Origin: an uncultured Chloroflexia bacterium
GTDB taxonomy: Bacteria > Chloroflexota > Limnocylindria > Limnocylindrales > CSP1-4
Assembly: GCA_963712745.1 (NCBI GenBank)
Contig: CAVQJC010000001.1
Coordinates: forward strand, 352,001 to 416,000
Length of the DNA: 64,000 nt
Direction: 5' to 3'
Numbering within the stretch: the first letter of the stretch is position 1; the number at the start of each line of letters is the position of its first letter. Below are positions 32,936-43,400 of this stretch, in pieces. A program made the translations under genes and the position numbers. The notes below the pieces were generated by a model. That model saw only the letters and a program-made list of their open reading frames with translations, was not told where the DNA came from and made no database searches.

Positions 32936-33721
32936 ATGAGCGAGACCTTCAGCCTGGCTGGCAGGAACGCTGTCGTGACGGGGCTCTCGGGCGGCATCGG
33001 CCAGGCCATCGCGGCAACGCTCGCCCGCGAGGGCGCCAACGTCGCGGGCGACTACCTCAGCAATACCGAGGGTGCCGCCGCGACCGCCCGATCGATCGAG
33101 GCACAGGGTCGCGAGGCACTCATCATGCAGGGTGATACCGGCGATGAAGCGCACATCCAGACTCTCGCCGACGAGACCGTGGCGCGCTGGGGCAGCCTCG
33201 ATATCTGGGTCAACAACGCCGCCCGGCTGATGGTGCGCGACTTCTTCGAGACCTCCAGCGATGACTGGCACGGTCTGCTGCAGGCCAACCTGCACGGCTA
33301 CTACTACGGCTGCAAGGCAGCCGCAGAGCGGATGCGCGGGCCAGGCCCTGGCCGCATCATCAACATCACCTCCGAAGCCGATGTGCAGGCCATCAGCGGC
33401 CTGAGTGCCTACATCACCGCCAAGGGCGGTGTGGTGGCCTTGACCAAGGTCCTGGCCCTCGAACTCGCCCCGTACGAGGTGACCGTCAACGCCGTTGCCC
33501 CGGGTGCCACCGAGACACCCCTCAACGCGGTGGCCTATACCGACGAAGTGCGTGCCAACTACGACAGGCGCATCGGCCTGGGCCGCATCGGCGTGCCCCA
33601 GGAGATCGCCGATGTCGTCGCCTTCGTGGCCTCGGACGCATCCCGCTACATGACCGGCCAGGAGTTGCTCGTCGATGGCGGACTGTCGATCAACGGCAAC
33701 GTCGGGCACGCCGCCACATAG
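32936..33721 (+). CDS. SDR family oxidoreductase
   Basis: TGLSGGIG, VNNAA, YITAK, NAVAPG, TGQELLVDGG. Confidence 0.9.
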   Translation: MSETFSLAGRNAVVTGLSGGIGQAIAATLAREGANVAGDYLSNTEGAAATARSIEAQGREALIMQGDTGDEAHIQTLADETVARWGSLDIWVNNAARLMVRDFFETSSDDWHGLLQANLHGYYYGCKAAAERMRGPGPGRIINITSEADVQAISGLSAYITAKGGVVALTKVLALELAPYEVTVNAVAPGATETPLNAVAYTDEVRANYDRRIGLGRIGVPQEIADVVAFVASDASRYMTGQELLVDGGLSINGNVGHAAT

Positions 33722-33723
33722 GG

Positions 33724-34699
33724 GTGGCGCCGCTCGTCCTCGTCATCGGCCGCCAGTTCGGGGAGCCCCCGCCAGGCCTCCCGGAAACCACGAACGCCGT
33801 GCGCTACGTCTTCGCGGATGACCTCGAGGGTGTCCGTGAATACATCGCCGAGGCCGAGATCGTCTTCCACTACGGTGGCCCGCGCACCGCACTTCGGGAT
33901 GTCTGGGCGGAGACCAGCCGACTGCGCTGGATCCACGTCGGCAATATCGGCGTCGACTGGGCGCTCTTCCCCGAGCTGATCGAAAGCGACGTCGTGGTGA
34001 CCAACAGCCGCGGCGTGTTCGATGTGAGCATGCCCGAGTACGCCCTTGCCTTGATGCTGGCGTTACTGAAGGATCTGCCGGGCAGCATCAGGCTCCAGCA
34101 GCAACAGCGCTGGCAGCATCGTGCTCTCGAGCCACTGGCGGGCGGGCACGTGGTCATGCTCGGTGCCGGGTCCATCGCCCGCTCCACCGGCCGGGTATTG
34201 CGGGCCATGGCCATGAGCGTGACCATCGTGGGCACCACCGAGCGCGATGGTGGCGTTGACGAGGGGCGCATCCGCAGCGTGGCTGATCTGCACGACCTGC
34301 TGCCTGCGGCCGACTGGCTCATCTGTGCGACACCGCTGACACGAGCGACACATGGGCTCATCGGCGCTGCCGAACTGGCGCAGCTGCCTCGAGGGGCGCG
34401 CGTCGTGAACATCGGGCGCGGGCCAGTCGATCTCGGAAGCCGCGCTGCTCGGAGCGCTCCGCTCGGGCGCGCTCGCCGGGGCAGCACTGGATGTCTTCGA
34501 GACAGAGCCACTGCCTCGGGGGCACCCTTTCTGGTCGATGCCCAACGTCATCGTCTCACCGCACATCGGCGGTGACGTCACGACATCGGGTGCCGCCTTC
34601 ACGCGCTCGTTCCTGGCCAACCTGGAACGCTATCTGGAGGCCCGCCCCATGCATGATGTCGTGGACAAGCACCTCGGCTACGTGCCCACCACAAGCTGA
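33724..34699 (+). CDS. D-2-hydroxyacid dehydrogenase; frameshift near 34430
   Basis: TNSRGVFD, GAGSIA, NIGRG, ALDVFETEPLP, SPHIGG. Confidence 0.85.
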
Positions 34700-34754
34700 C
34701 CAGGGTTCGCGGGAAGAGCCCAGGGAACGACCGACCGCATAGACTGCAAGTCGC

Positions 34755-35699
34755 ATGCCACTTGTCGCCCTCGACGGGCTCACCAAACGCTACCCCCAGG
34801 GCGTCGTCGCGCTGGACGCGCTGACCCTCGAGATCGAGCCGGGCATCGTCGGCCTGGTCGGTTCGAATGGCGCCGGCAAGTCGACCCTCATCAAGATCCT
34901 GTTGGGCCTGCTCGACGCGACCGCAGGCAGTGCCCGGGTCCTGGATCTCGATGTCGCCACCCAGGGCCAGGGCATCCGCCAGTACGTCGGCTATATGCCC
35001 GAGCATGACTGCCTGCCCGGCGACATCTCGGCCAGCGACTTCGTCAATCACATGGCCCGCATGTCGGGCCTGCCCAAGGCCGCGGCTCGCGAGCGCACCT
35101 CCGATGTGTTGCGCCACGTGGGGCTCTTCGAAGAGCGCTATCGACCCATGGGTGGCTACTCCACGGGCATGAAGCAACGCGTCAAGCTGGCCCAGGCGCT
35201 CGTGCACGACCCCAAACTGCTACTGCTCGACGAACCCACCAACGGCCTTGACCCAGCCGGGCGTGATGAGATGCTCGAGCTCGTATCGCGCACCGGGACC
35301 GAGTTCGGCATCGCCATCATCATGGCCAGCCACCTGTTGGGCGAGATCGAGCGGGTGTGCGATTACCTTGTCGCGATCGATGCTGGGCGCTTGCTGCGCG
35401 CCGCCGCGCTGCAAACGTTCACACAGCAGACCGGCGTCCTCATCGTCGAGATCGATGAGCGACCGGAGGCGCTGGCCGATGACCTGGCCGCACGCGGCCA
35501 TGACGTACGCGTGGACGGCCACAACGTGCTCGTCCAGATCGAGCACGACGAGACCTACGACCACGTGCGCGATGCCATCGTCGACCTCGGGCTGGCCATG
35601 ATCAGGATCGAACAACGCCGCAGCAAGCTCGAGGACCTCTTCCGCGAAGAGCCTGTGCCCGCCACCGAGTCGCCAGATGCGCCCGAGGGCGATGCATGA
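34755..35699 (+). CDS. ABC transporter ATP-binding protein
   Basis: GSNGAGKST, YSTGMKQR, LLLDEPTNGLDP. Confidence 0.93.
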   Translation: MPLVALDGLTKRYPQGVVALDALTLEIEPGIVGLVGSNGAGKSTLIKILLGLLDATAGSARVLDLDVATQGQGIRQYVGYMPEHDCLPGDISASDFVNHMARMSGLPKAAARERTSDVLRHVGLFEERYRPMGGYSTGMKQRVKLAQALVHDPKLLLLDEPTNGLDPAGRDEMLELVSRTGTEFGIAIIMASHLLGEIERVCDYLVAIDAGRLLRAAALQTFTQQTGVLIVEIDERPEALADDLAARGHDVRVDGHNVLVQIEHDETYDHVRDAIVDLGLAMIRIEQRRSKLEDLFREEPVPATESPDAPEGDA

Positions 35700-36631
35700 C
35701 CGACGCACCCATGACCACACCGTCGTCCGAGGGCCGTGGTGGCAGCATCTACGACCTTGGGTACCGGGGGTACGAAGGCGTGCGGCTGGGGCGCCGCGCC
35801 GTCATCGGTGCCCTGCTGACCCACAGCCTGCGCACGGCCTACGGGCTGGGGCGCAGTACGCGCTCGAAGATCATGCCGGTCGGGCTGGCGGTGTTTGCGG
35901 TCCTGCCGGCGCTACTGGCGCTGGGCATCATCGCGCTCATCTCGCAGATCGGCGCCGCGGGTGAAGCCTTCGAGGCCATCTCGCCGATCCGCTACGCCAC
36001 GCTGTTCCCGTTCATCGCGGTGCTCGTGTTCCTCTTCTGCGCCTCGCAAGCGCCGGAACTGTTCGGGCGTGACCAGCGCGCCGGCACCCTGCCGCTGTAC
36101 TTCTCGCGCGCGACATCGCGCATGGACTATGCCACGGCACGCACTCTCGGCCTGCTGGCGTCGCTCCTGGTGCTGGTGCTCACCCCGCAACTGCTCCTGT
36201 TCGTCGGCCGCGTGCTCGTCGCCGAAGACCCCTTCGATGGCTTGTCCGAAGAGCTGCCCAGCATGCCAGCCGCCGTCGCGGTGGCCCTCATCGTGGCCAC
36301 CCTGGTGGGCTCGGTGTCCGCAGCCATCGCCGCGCTCACACCGCGACGCGCCTACGCCACGGTCGCGATCATCGGCATCTTCCTGTTGCCCAATATCGTG
36401 GCTGCCCTGCTGGTCGAACTCGAGACCGGCAGCCTGGGCCATCTGGCGGTCTTGCTGAGTCCGGCCGATGTGCTCGACGGCGTCAACGCCACGCTGTTCG
36501 GGACCGCCCCCGACAACCCTACGGTCGAGGCCGCGGACCTCGATGGCTGGATCTATCTGGCCACCGTAGCCGCGTGGATCGTCGGCTCGCTGACGTTGCT
36601 CATGCGCCGCTACCGGCGCATCGAGGTATGA
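35696..36631 (+). CDS. ABC-2 type permease
   Basis: GSIYDLGYRGYEG, APELFGRDQRAGTLPLYFSR, six TM segments. Confidence 0.88.
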   Translation: MTDAPMTTPSSEGRGGSIYDLGYRGYEGVRLGRRAVIGALLTHSLRTAYGLGRSTRSKIMPVGLAVFAVLPALLALGIIALISQIGAAGEAFEAISPIRYATLFPFIAVLVFLFCASQAPELFGRDQRAGTLPLYFSRATSRMDYATARTLGLLASLLVLVLTPQLLLFVGRVLVAEDPFDGLSEELPSMPAAVAVALIVATLVGSVSAAIAALTPRRAYATVAIIGIFLLPNIVAALLVELETGSLGHLAVLLSPADVLDGVNATLFGTAPDNPTVEAADLDGWIYLATVAAWIVGSLTLLMRRYRRIEV

Positions 36632-37565
36632 ACACCGACGCGCCCGGCGGCGCTGCCATCCGGCTCGACCACGTGTCGCGCTGGTACGGCAGACGTGGTC
36701 GCCGTCAACGACATCAGCTTCGAGGTGAGCCCAGGCGTCACTGGGCTGCTGGGCCCCAATGGCGCAGGCAAGACGACGCTGCTGCACATGACCGCGGGCC
36801 TGCTGGCGCCTTCACCGGGCGACGTGCTCGTCAATGGCGAGCCGACCTGGCGCAACGCGCAGATGTATCGACACGTCGGCCTGGTACCGGAACGCGAGAA
36901 CGTCTACCCCTACCTCACGGGACGTGAGTTCGCCATCGCCAACGCGCGACTGCAGGGCCTGCCCGATGTGCTCGCGGCAGCTGAACGAGCCATCGCCCTG
37001 GTCGACCTCGCTGACGCCGCCGACCGCCGCATCGGGACGTACTCCAAGGGCATGCGGCAACGCATCAAGATGGCGGCGGCGCTCGTGCACGATCTCCGCG
37101 GTGCTGATCCTTGACGAGCCGTTCAACGGCATGGATCCACGCCAGCGCCTGCACATGTTCGAGCTGCTGCGCTCGATGGCCGAACAGGGCCGCACGGTGC
37201 TGCTCTCGTCACACATCCTCGAGGAGGTCGAGCGCGTGGCCGATTTCGGTGCTCGTGACTCTACTCGGGCCGGCTCGCTGCAGCCGGCGACTTCCGCTCC
37301 ATCCGCCAGTTGATGACCGACCGGCCACATGTCTTCCGCTTGCGTTCGTCAGATGACCGACGACTGGGCTCGGCCTTGCTCAAGGAGGATTGCGTCTTCG
37401 GGGTCGAGCTCGGAGCGAAGGGCCTGGTCGTGCGCACGTCTGACTACGGTCGCTTCACGCGACGAGTCCCCGTGGTCGCGCAGGCGGCAGGACATCTCAC
37501 TCCTCGAACTGGCACCGACCGATGATTCGCTCGAGTCAGTCTTCGCCTACCTGGTAGGCCGATGA
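36628..37565 (+). CDS. ABC transporter ATP-binding protein; frameshifted
   Basis: GPNGAGKTT, YSKGMRQR, ILDEPFNGMDP, DDSLESVFAYLV. Confidence 0.9.
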
Positions 37566-38285
37566 TCACGCGCATGCCCATCGTGGCCATCACGCTGCGC
37601 GGCCTGCTCGATCGGCGCCGCACGTGGTTGATGGTGCTGCTCGCGGCCGTGCCGGTGCTCATCGCGTTGGTGGTCGTGTCATTCGGCAACACCAGCTTCA
37701 CCGAGCGGATCTTCGACCAGCTGGTGGTGCGCACGGTCTTGCCGCTCATCGCGCTGGTCTTCGGTACCGCCGCGATCGGCACGGAGCTCGACGACGGCAC
37801 CGTGGTCTACCTGCTCGCCAAGCCACTGCGCCGGCTACACGTGGTCCTGGCCAAGTCGACCGTGGCGGCCGCACTGACCATCGCGCTGATCGTGCCCGCG
37901 ACGCTGCTCACCGGCCTGGTGGCAGCGACGCAGAACGCTGACCTCGACCGAGGCCGTGCTGGCGTTCGCCATCGCGGCCGCCGTGGGTGGCGCGGCATAC
38001 ACCATGGCGTTCTTCACGCTGAGCACGTTCACCTCGCGTGCGCTGGCGGTGGGTCTGGGCTATGTGCTCCTCTGGGAGGGCGTACTTTCGGGCCTGTTCG
38101 ACGGCTCTCGGCTCTTCTCGATCCGCCAGGCCACGCTCGGCCTGGCGGCACAGATCCAGGGCGTCGAACGCTCGTCCGCGACCGATGGCACCACGGCCAC
38201 GGTGTTCCTGCTAGTAGTCATCGTCGGGTCCGTGGCACTCGCGACGTGGCGACTCACGCGCTTCCAGATGCGGGGTGGTGACTGA
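37562..38285 (+). CDS. ABC-2 type permease; frameshift near 37950
   Basis: LPLIALVFGTAAIGTELDDGTVVYLLAKP, GLGYVLLWEG. Confidence 0.88.
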
Positions 38286-38309
38286 GCGCAGGACGCTGTC
38301 GCACTGTGC

Positions 38310-38345
38310 TTGTCAAGCCGTGCTATCGGTCGCACAATCGATAGC
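38310..38345 (+). promoter_or_regulatory. Sigma70-like promoter TTGTCA-17-CACAAT with inverted repeat GCTATCG-N10-CGATAGC straddling the -10
   Basis: Read directly upstream of the thioredoxin gene. Confidence 0.55.
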
Positions 38346-38355
38346 GATATGACCG

Positions 38356-38823
38356 ATGCGACCCAACCGCGCCAGACCACCGCAGCCGCCGAGCGGACCT
38401 CTCTCGATCCTGACGTGCGCCGAATGCGGCAAGAAGAACAAGATCCGCCCGAGCGAGAAGGGTTCGCCGCACTGTGGATCCTGCGGCAAGCCATTGCCCT
38501 GGTTGGTCGATGCCAGCGACGCCACGTTCGCGCAGGAGGCGCGCGCATCGGTGGCGGTGCTAGTGGACCTGTGGGCACCGTGGTGTGGGCCGTGCCGCGT
38601 CGTTGGACCTCAGCTGGAGGCCCTGTCGCGCGAATATGCCGGGCGCATCAAGGTGGTCAAGGTGAACGTGGACGAGAACCCCGGACTCTCGCAGCAGTTC
38701 CAGGCCACGAGCATCCCGACCCTCGTGGTCATCAAGGGCGACCGGGTGGTCGACCGTATCGTGGGCGCGCTTCCGCCGTCAGAGCTGAAGATGCGCCTGT
38801 TTCCCTATCTGATGAGGACCTAG
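38356..38823 (+). CDS. trxC: Thioredoxin with N-terminal Zn finger (TrxC type)
   Basis: CAECGKKN...CGSCGKPLPW zinc site; WAPWCGPCR active site. Confidence 0.85.
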   Translation: MRPNRARPPQPPSGPLSILTCAECGKKNKIRPSEKGSPHCGSCGKPLPWLVDASDATFAQEARASVAVLVDLWAPWCGPCRVVGPQLEALSREYAGRIKVVKVNVDENPGLSQQFQATSIPTLVVIKGDRVVDRIVGALPPSELKMRLFPYLMRT

Positions 38824-40115
38824 ACACCGCAGGTCGGATCGCCGGCCACGAAGCCATCGAGGCCAGGCCCGGTCAGGAGCCCCAGCTGCGCCGGTCAGCG
38901 GTCGCAGGTCGACCATCTGCTGTCCACCGGACGTCTGTAGCGGCGCATCCTCGGTGGCGCTCAAGAGCCACTGACCGTCGGGCACCTCCACGCTGAAGGT
39001 CGCAGAGTCGCTGGTCGTGTCGACCACCACGCTCGCATCGATGGGCTCGGGGGCATCCTCGGAGCCGACTGCGGTCAAGGCCAGCTCGACGGTACCGCCG
39101 AGCGCCGAAAGCTCTGAGCTGATGTCCGGGCCCTGACTCCAGCCGACCGTGTAGCGGATGATGCTGTTGCCCGGAGCAACTTCCGCCGCTTCGGCGGCCC
39201 CAGCGGAGTAGGTCGCCAGGGCTCGACACGCGAGGGGCTTGCCAGACTTCTTCAGGTTCAGGCCCCAGGCAGCCGAGTCCAGGCCGAGGAAGCGCCCGCC
39301 CGTCGGCAGGCGCAATTCATCGAAGACATCGCCGTTCGGACCTGCAGCGCGGAGCGTCACCGTGGCAGCGGTAGCACCCTTGGGCACGCGGGCGATGTGC
39401 GTGATCACGCCACGCTTGGAGTCGTAGTAGCCCATATCGCGCGACGGCCCATTGAAGAACGGGATGGGCGAGATGCCATCCCAATCGGTCAGCGTGGTCG
39501 TGCCGGAAGCCCAGTCCTGACCGGGGTACGAACCACTGATCGAGAAACTCTGGGCACCCCGGTATGGGCCCAGCAAGCTACCAGCCTCGTGCGGCACCCC
39601 GTCGGGACCATCGAAGGTGACGATCAGTTGCACGTCGGTGTCTGGGTTGTTGGGTATCTTGGCGGCGGTCTTGGCGATGATGTAGAACCCGTCATCGCCT
39701 TTCTTCCAGTCAGCATCTGCCCCGTAGTAGCCGCCCGCGGTGCCCGGCGGGTAGTCCTCGGCGAGCTTGCGCAGCATCTTCGAGCCAGCCGCAGCGCTCG
39801 ACGACGTTGACCTCGGTGAGGTCGGTCCACGCTGTCAGCATCGACGATATCGCGGCCATCGAGCGCGATCTGGTCGCCGATGGGGTCCTGGAAGCGGACC
39901 CAGTCCTTGGCCACCTTGGCCTGCGCTACGCGCATGTTCTTGCTCTTGCCCTTGACAGTCTCAACCGTCGTGCCAACGGGGTCTCGTGTCGCTGACCGCA
40001 TCGGTCTCGGGCGCTCAGCGTTCGCGGCGAAGACGCTGCCACCGTTCCCGACTGCCAGGATGAGGAGGGCTAGGGCCAGGCTCATGGAAGTGCGCACGAA
40101 CGGTGGGGTCATCAT
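38820..40115 (-). CDS. Secreted hypothetical protein (about 430 aa); frameshifted
   Basis: Signal peptide MSLALALLILAVGNGGSVFAA; FQDPIGDQ motif; GC-rich third positions through ORF 38779..39777; alternative frame ends GDPTCGV-TAG at 38820. Confidence 0.6.
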
Positions 40116-40570
40116 GAGGGTCTCCGCGTGGACGACGCACATCGCTGGCAGGTAGCCGTCGTTGCCGTGCATCCTGTGTCGGATGGTCAGTGGCCCTCGA
40201 TTATCGGCGCTGGAGGGGAATCCGGCGCGCTCTCTCCGCGAGTACCTCGCCGCGCCGATGGACGCCGGGGCCGCCCGCTCGTCGGCCAGCGATCCTGGTC
40301 GATGTACGCGAGGCCGCGCACTGCTTCCGGCACGCCTCGTCTCAGCCTGGTCCTGGTAGATCTGACGCATCACTGTCCCAGGAACACTGGGGCGGCAGCT
40401 CGACCGATCCGGCCGACGCTGGCACGGCCGGGCCAGCGTGTCCAGGACACCAAGCGTGAAAGCGATGGCTGCATCGCCCGATGGTAGCTCCCTCGCAAGC
40501 CCCGCTGACCGAGGATCACGGGTGGCGCGAGCGACATCGTCGCCGGCCCTGTCCGGGACGACGCCGTCCG

Positions 40571-40973
40571 TTAGCCTCGCAAGCGTCGTCGGGCGGATGT
40601 GGAGTCGTACCGGATAACCCTCGTCGTATGTCGCCCAGGTGAAGTCCCAGCGAGGCAGGTGCGCGGCGTACTTGGCCCGGTAGTCGGGATCAGCGCTGGG
40701 TGGCACATCGGTTCCGATGATCTCGGCGTCACCCTCGATGATGACCAAGCCATCACCATCGGCATCGCTGTTGAGATTGAGCGCCACGCGCGGATTGGCG
40801 CGGATGTTGCGTAGGCGCGGCGTCTGATCCTTCGAGTAGACCAGGATGACGTCATCCTTCAGGACGAGCCAGACGGCCGATGGCTGAGGCTGGCCCGTAG
40901 CGTTCACGGTGGTCAGCCAAGCCACGGTCGCGTCGCGTAGGCGAGCCTGGACATCGGGTCGATCGTCGTACAT
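40571..40973 (-). CDS. PPOX class F420-dependent oxidoreductase (Rv3369/TIGR03667-like)
   Basis: VAWLTTVNATGQPQPSAVW, YS...RLRNIRANPRVALNLNSDADG, YRAKY; frameshift just before the stop. Confidence 0.85.
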
Positions 40974-40995
40974 CAGGGCAGCATAGACTGCCGAC
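40974..40995. promoter_or_regulatory. Bidirectional leaderless promoter with overlapping -10 hexamers
   Basis: TAGACT (+, 40984-40989) and TATGCT (-, 40980-40985), each exactly 6 nt from an ATG. Confidence 0.7.
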
Positions 40996-41779
40996 ATGCC
41001 GCCGACCGTCCATGCCACCCGTTACATCGCACCACTGCGGGAGGGCGGTTCTCTGCCGGGTCTGATGGAGGCAGACGACGAGGGCACCTACGTGGTCAAG
41101 TTCCGCGGTGCCGGCCAGGGGCCCAAGGCGCTGGTGGCGGAACTGGTGAGCGGACAGATCGGGCAAGCGCTCGGGTTGCCGGTACCAGATCTGGTGTTGG
41201 TGGAACTCGATCCCGCCTTCGCGCGCTTGGAGATGGACCCCGAGATCCAGCACCTGCTGCGTGCCAGCGAGGGCCTCAACGTGGCCCTCGATTTCCTGCC
41301 TGGATCGATCAGCTACGACCCCCAGGTGCCCCCGCCGGTGGATGCCGACTTCGCGGCCGCGGTCGTCTGGTTCGATGCCTTCATCACCAACATCGACCGC
41401 ACCGCGCGCAACACCAATATGCTCAGCTGGCACGGTCGGCACGTGGCTCATCGACCACGGCGCGTCGCTGTATTTCCAGCATGACTGGCGCGATGTGCTG
41501 GGCCGTGCCATCGATCCCTTCACGCTGGCGAGGGACCACGTGCTGCTGCCGTTCGCAGGTGACATCGCAAGCGCGGGCCAGCGGGCGCGAGGGCGATTGA
41601 GCGCCGAGGTGCTGGAGGCGATCCTGGCGTCGGTGCCGGACCTGTGGCTCTCGGCTGGCTACGGCGATGAGTCCGTGCCCCAGGTGCGCGACACGTTGCT
41701 GCGCTACCTGCTCGTGCGCCTTGATGCCGCCCGTGTATTCGAGGAGGAGGCCGACCGTGCCCGAGCGCTGCTCGTATGA
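40996..41779 (+). CDS. HipA-like kinase (HipA_2 family); frameshift near 41440
   Basis: YIAPLREGGSLPG, YVVKFRGAGQGPKALVAE, NIDRTARNTNML, WLIDHGASLYF. Confidence 0.88.
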
Positions 41780-42144
41780 CTACGCGGTAGTCCGCGTGGT
41801 GCCCTCGGAGGAGCGGGCCGAGTTCATCAACGTCGGCATCATCCTGCACGCCAAGGCCCATGGTGTCCTCGCGATCCGGATCGATCTGGACGAGGCGCGA
41901 TTGCGGGCCATGGCGCCGTCCATCGACGTAGCCATGGTGCGCGCGCATCTCGAATTCGATGCAGCGCATCAGCGCGGGTGGTACGGACACCGGACCCATC
42001 GGCCGACTCAGCCAGTCACAGCGCTTCCACTGGCTGGTGTCGCCGCGCAGCACCGTCATCCAGACCTCGCCGGTGCACTCGGGCCTGTGCGACGACCCGC
42101 AGCGCGAACTCGATCGGCTCTTCGGTCGCCTAGTGGAGAGATGA
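41757..42144 (+). CDS. DUF3037 domain protein; frameshift near 41960
   Basis: YDYAVVRVVP..ERAEFINVGIIL, QRFHWLVSPRSTVIQTSPVHSGLC. Confidence 0.88.
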
Positions 42145-43349
42145 GCTCACTCGTCGCTTCCAGTCTCGACGTGATCGAACGGAATCAAGCGTCCACTGGG
42201 GCCTTCGTCGCCGCTCCGGGGTACGCAACGTACGCCTACAGCTGGTTGCGCGACGGGTCGTTCATCGCGGCAGCCCTCGATGCCTACGGTCGCAGGTCCG
42301 CTGCTACTGCATTCCATACCTGGGTCGCCCGGACCATCGAGCGGTACGGATACAAAGTCGAACGCCTTGAGGCCAGCGTCGACGCGACGGGCAAAGACGG
42401 CGGCAGCGCGGTCATGCCGCTCGACGATAGCCACGCACTTCACACGCGGTTCACCGTCGAGGGCGTGGAGGGAAGCGAAGACTGGGGCAATTTCCAGCTC
42501 GATGGCTATGGCTTCTGGCTCACGTGCGTTGCCCGGCATCTGCTACTCACGGGAACGGACCCAGCGCCGTTCTTGACCGCGATCGACCTGGTCCGCCGAT
42601 ACCTGGCACTCAGTTGGGAATACCCCTGCTACGACGCCTGGGAGGAGTACCCGACGCATCGGCACATGGCGACCTGGGCGGCGGTCTCGAAGGGGCTCGC
42701 CGCATCCGACCAGCTCGGCTTGAGCGTGGTGCCGATCGGAACCTCCGGGGAGATCCTGCGGCGACTCGTCAGCCTGACCCAACCCGACCACGTGCTCAAG
42801 AAGTTCGTGCCCGGGGATGCTTCGGGCATACATGCGGCGGCGGCCGAGGCCCCGCCACGAACAGGCGTGACTTCGGCCGGCCACGAGCGCATCGGGCGCG
42901 CGTTGACCGATGACGACATCGATGGCAGCGCTCTGCTCGTGTTGGGTGACTTCGGACCGTTTTCGCCGACCAGCAACATCGCGCGCAGCACGATCGGCGC
43001 CATCGACGCATCTCTCGTCCATGAGGGTGGCGTACACCGGTACCTCGAGGATGAGTTCTACGGAGGCGGTCTCTGGGTCGTGCTCGGAGGCGCTAGGGCT
43101 GTCGTCCTCGCCAGCATGGACCCACAAGCCGCGGCCAAGGCCATCGAATGGATCGAGTCCACGGCGGACCCCCAGGGCTACCTGCCGGAACAGGTTTCCG
43201 TGCGTCTGCGCAAGCCGGAGCGAATGGCGGCCTGGGTGGACCACTGGGGCCCGCCTGCCCAACCCCTGCTGTGGTCTCATGCGATGTACCTTCTGGCCGT
43301 AGACGCAATGACCAAGGCAGCGAGCAGCCGATCCTCGAACCTGACCTGA
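42141..43349 (+). CDS. Glycoside hydrolase family 15 (glucoamylase-like)
   Basis: YAYSWLRDGSFI, WGNFQLDGYG, YDAWEE, GVHRYLEDEFYGGG, LPEQV, PLLWSHAM. Confidence 0.88.
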   Translation: MSSLVASSLDVIERNQASTGAFVAAPGYATYAYSWLRDGSFIAAALDAYGRRSAATAFHTWVARTIERYGYKVERLEASVDATGKDGGSAVMPLDDSHALHTRFTVEGVEGSEDWGNFQLDGYGFWLTCVARHLLLTGTDPAPFLTAIDLVRRYLALSWEYPCYDAWEEYPTHRHMATWAAVSKGLAASDQLGLSVVPIGTSGEILRRLVSLTQPDHVLKKFVPGDASGIHAAAAEAPPRTGVTSAGHERIGRALTDDDIDGSALLVLGDFGPFSPTSNIARSTIGAIDASLVHEGGVHRYLEDEFYGGGLWVVLGGARAVVLASMDPQAAAKAIEWIESTADPQGYLPEQVSVRLRKPERMAAWVDHWGPPAQPLLWSHAMYLLAVDAMTKAASSRSSNLT

Positions 43350-43400
43350 TCGTGGGGGTCGGTTGCCGACGATCCCGTTTCTGATCACGCAGGAGCAGAC

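Noticed and set aside
40116-40570. 455-bp gap that might hold a small gene or pseudogene
   Set aside because: No consistent frame, start signal or recognisable motif.
39624-41018. 464-aa ORF joining the F420 enzyme to the secreted protein
   Set aside because: Read-through caused by a frameshift just before the TAA at 40571; the middle part is low-complexity, non-coding-like sequence.
41667-43349. 560-aa ORF fusing DUF3037 to GH15
   Set aside because: The DUF3037 C-terminus lies in another frame (41959..42144) ending in a TGA that overlaps the GH15 ATG; the fusion is an indel artefact.
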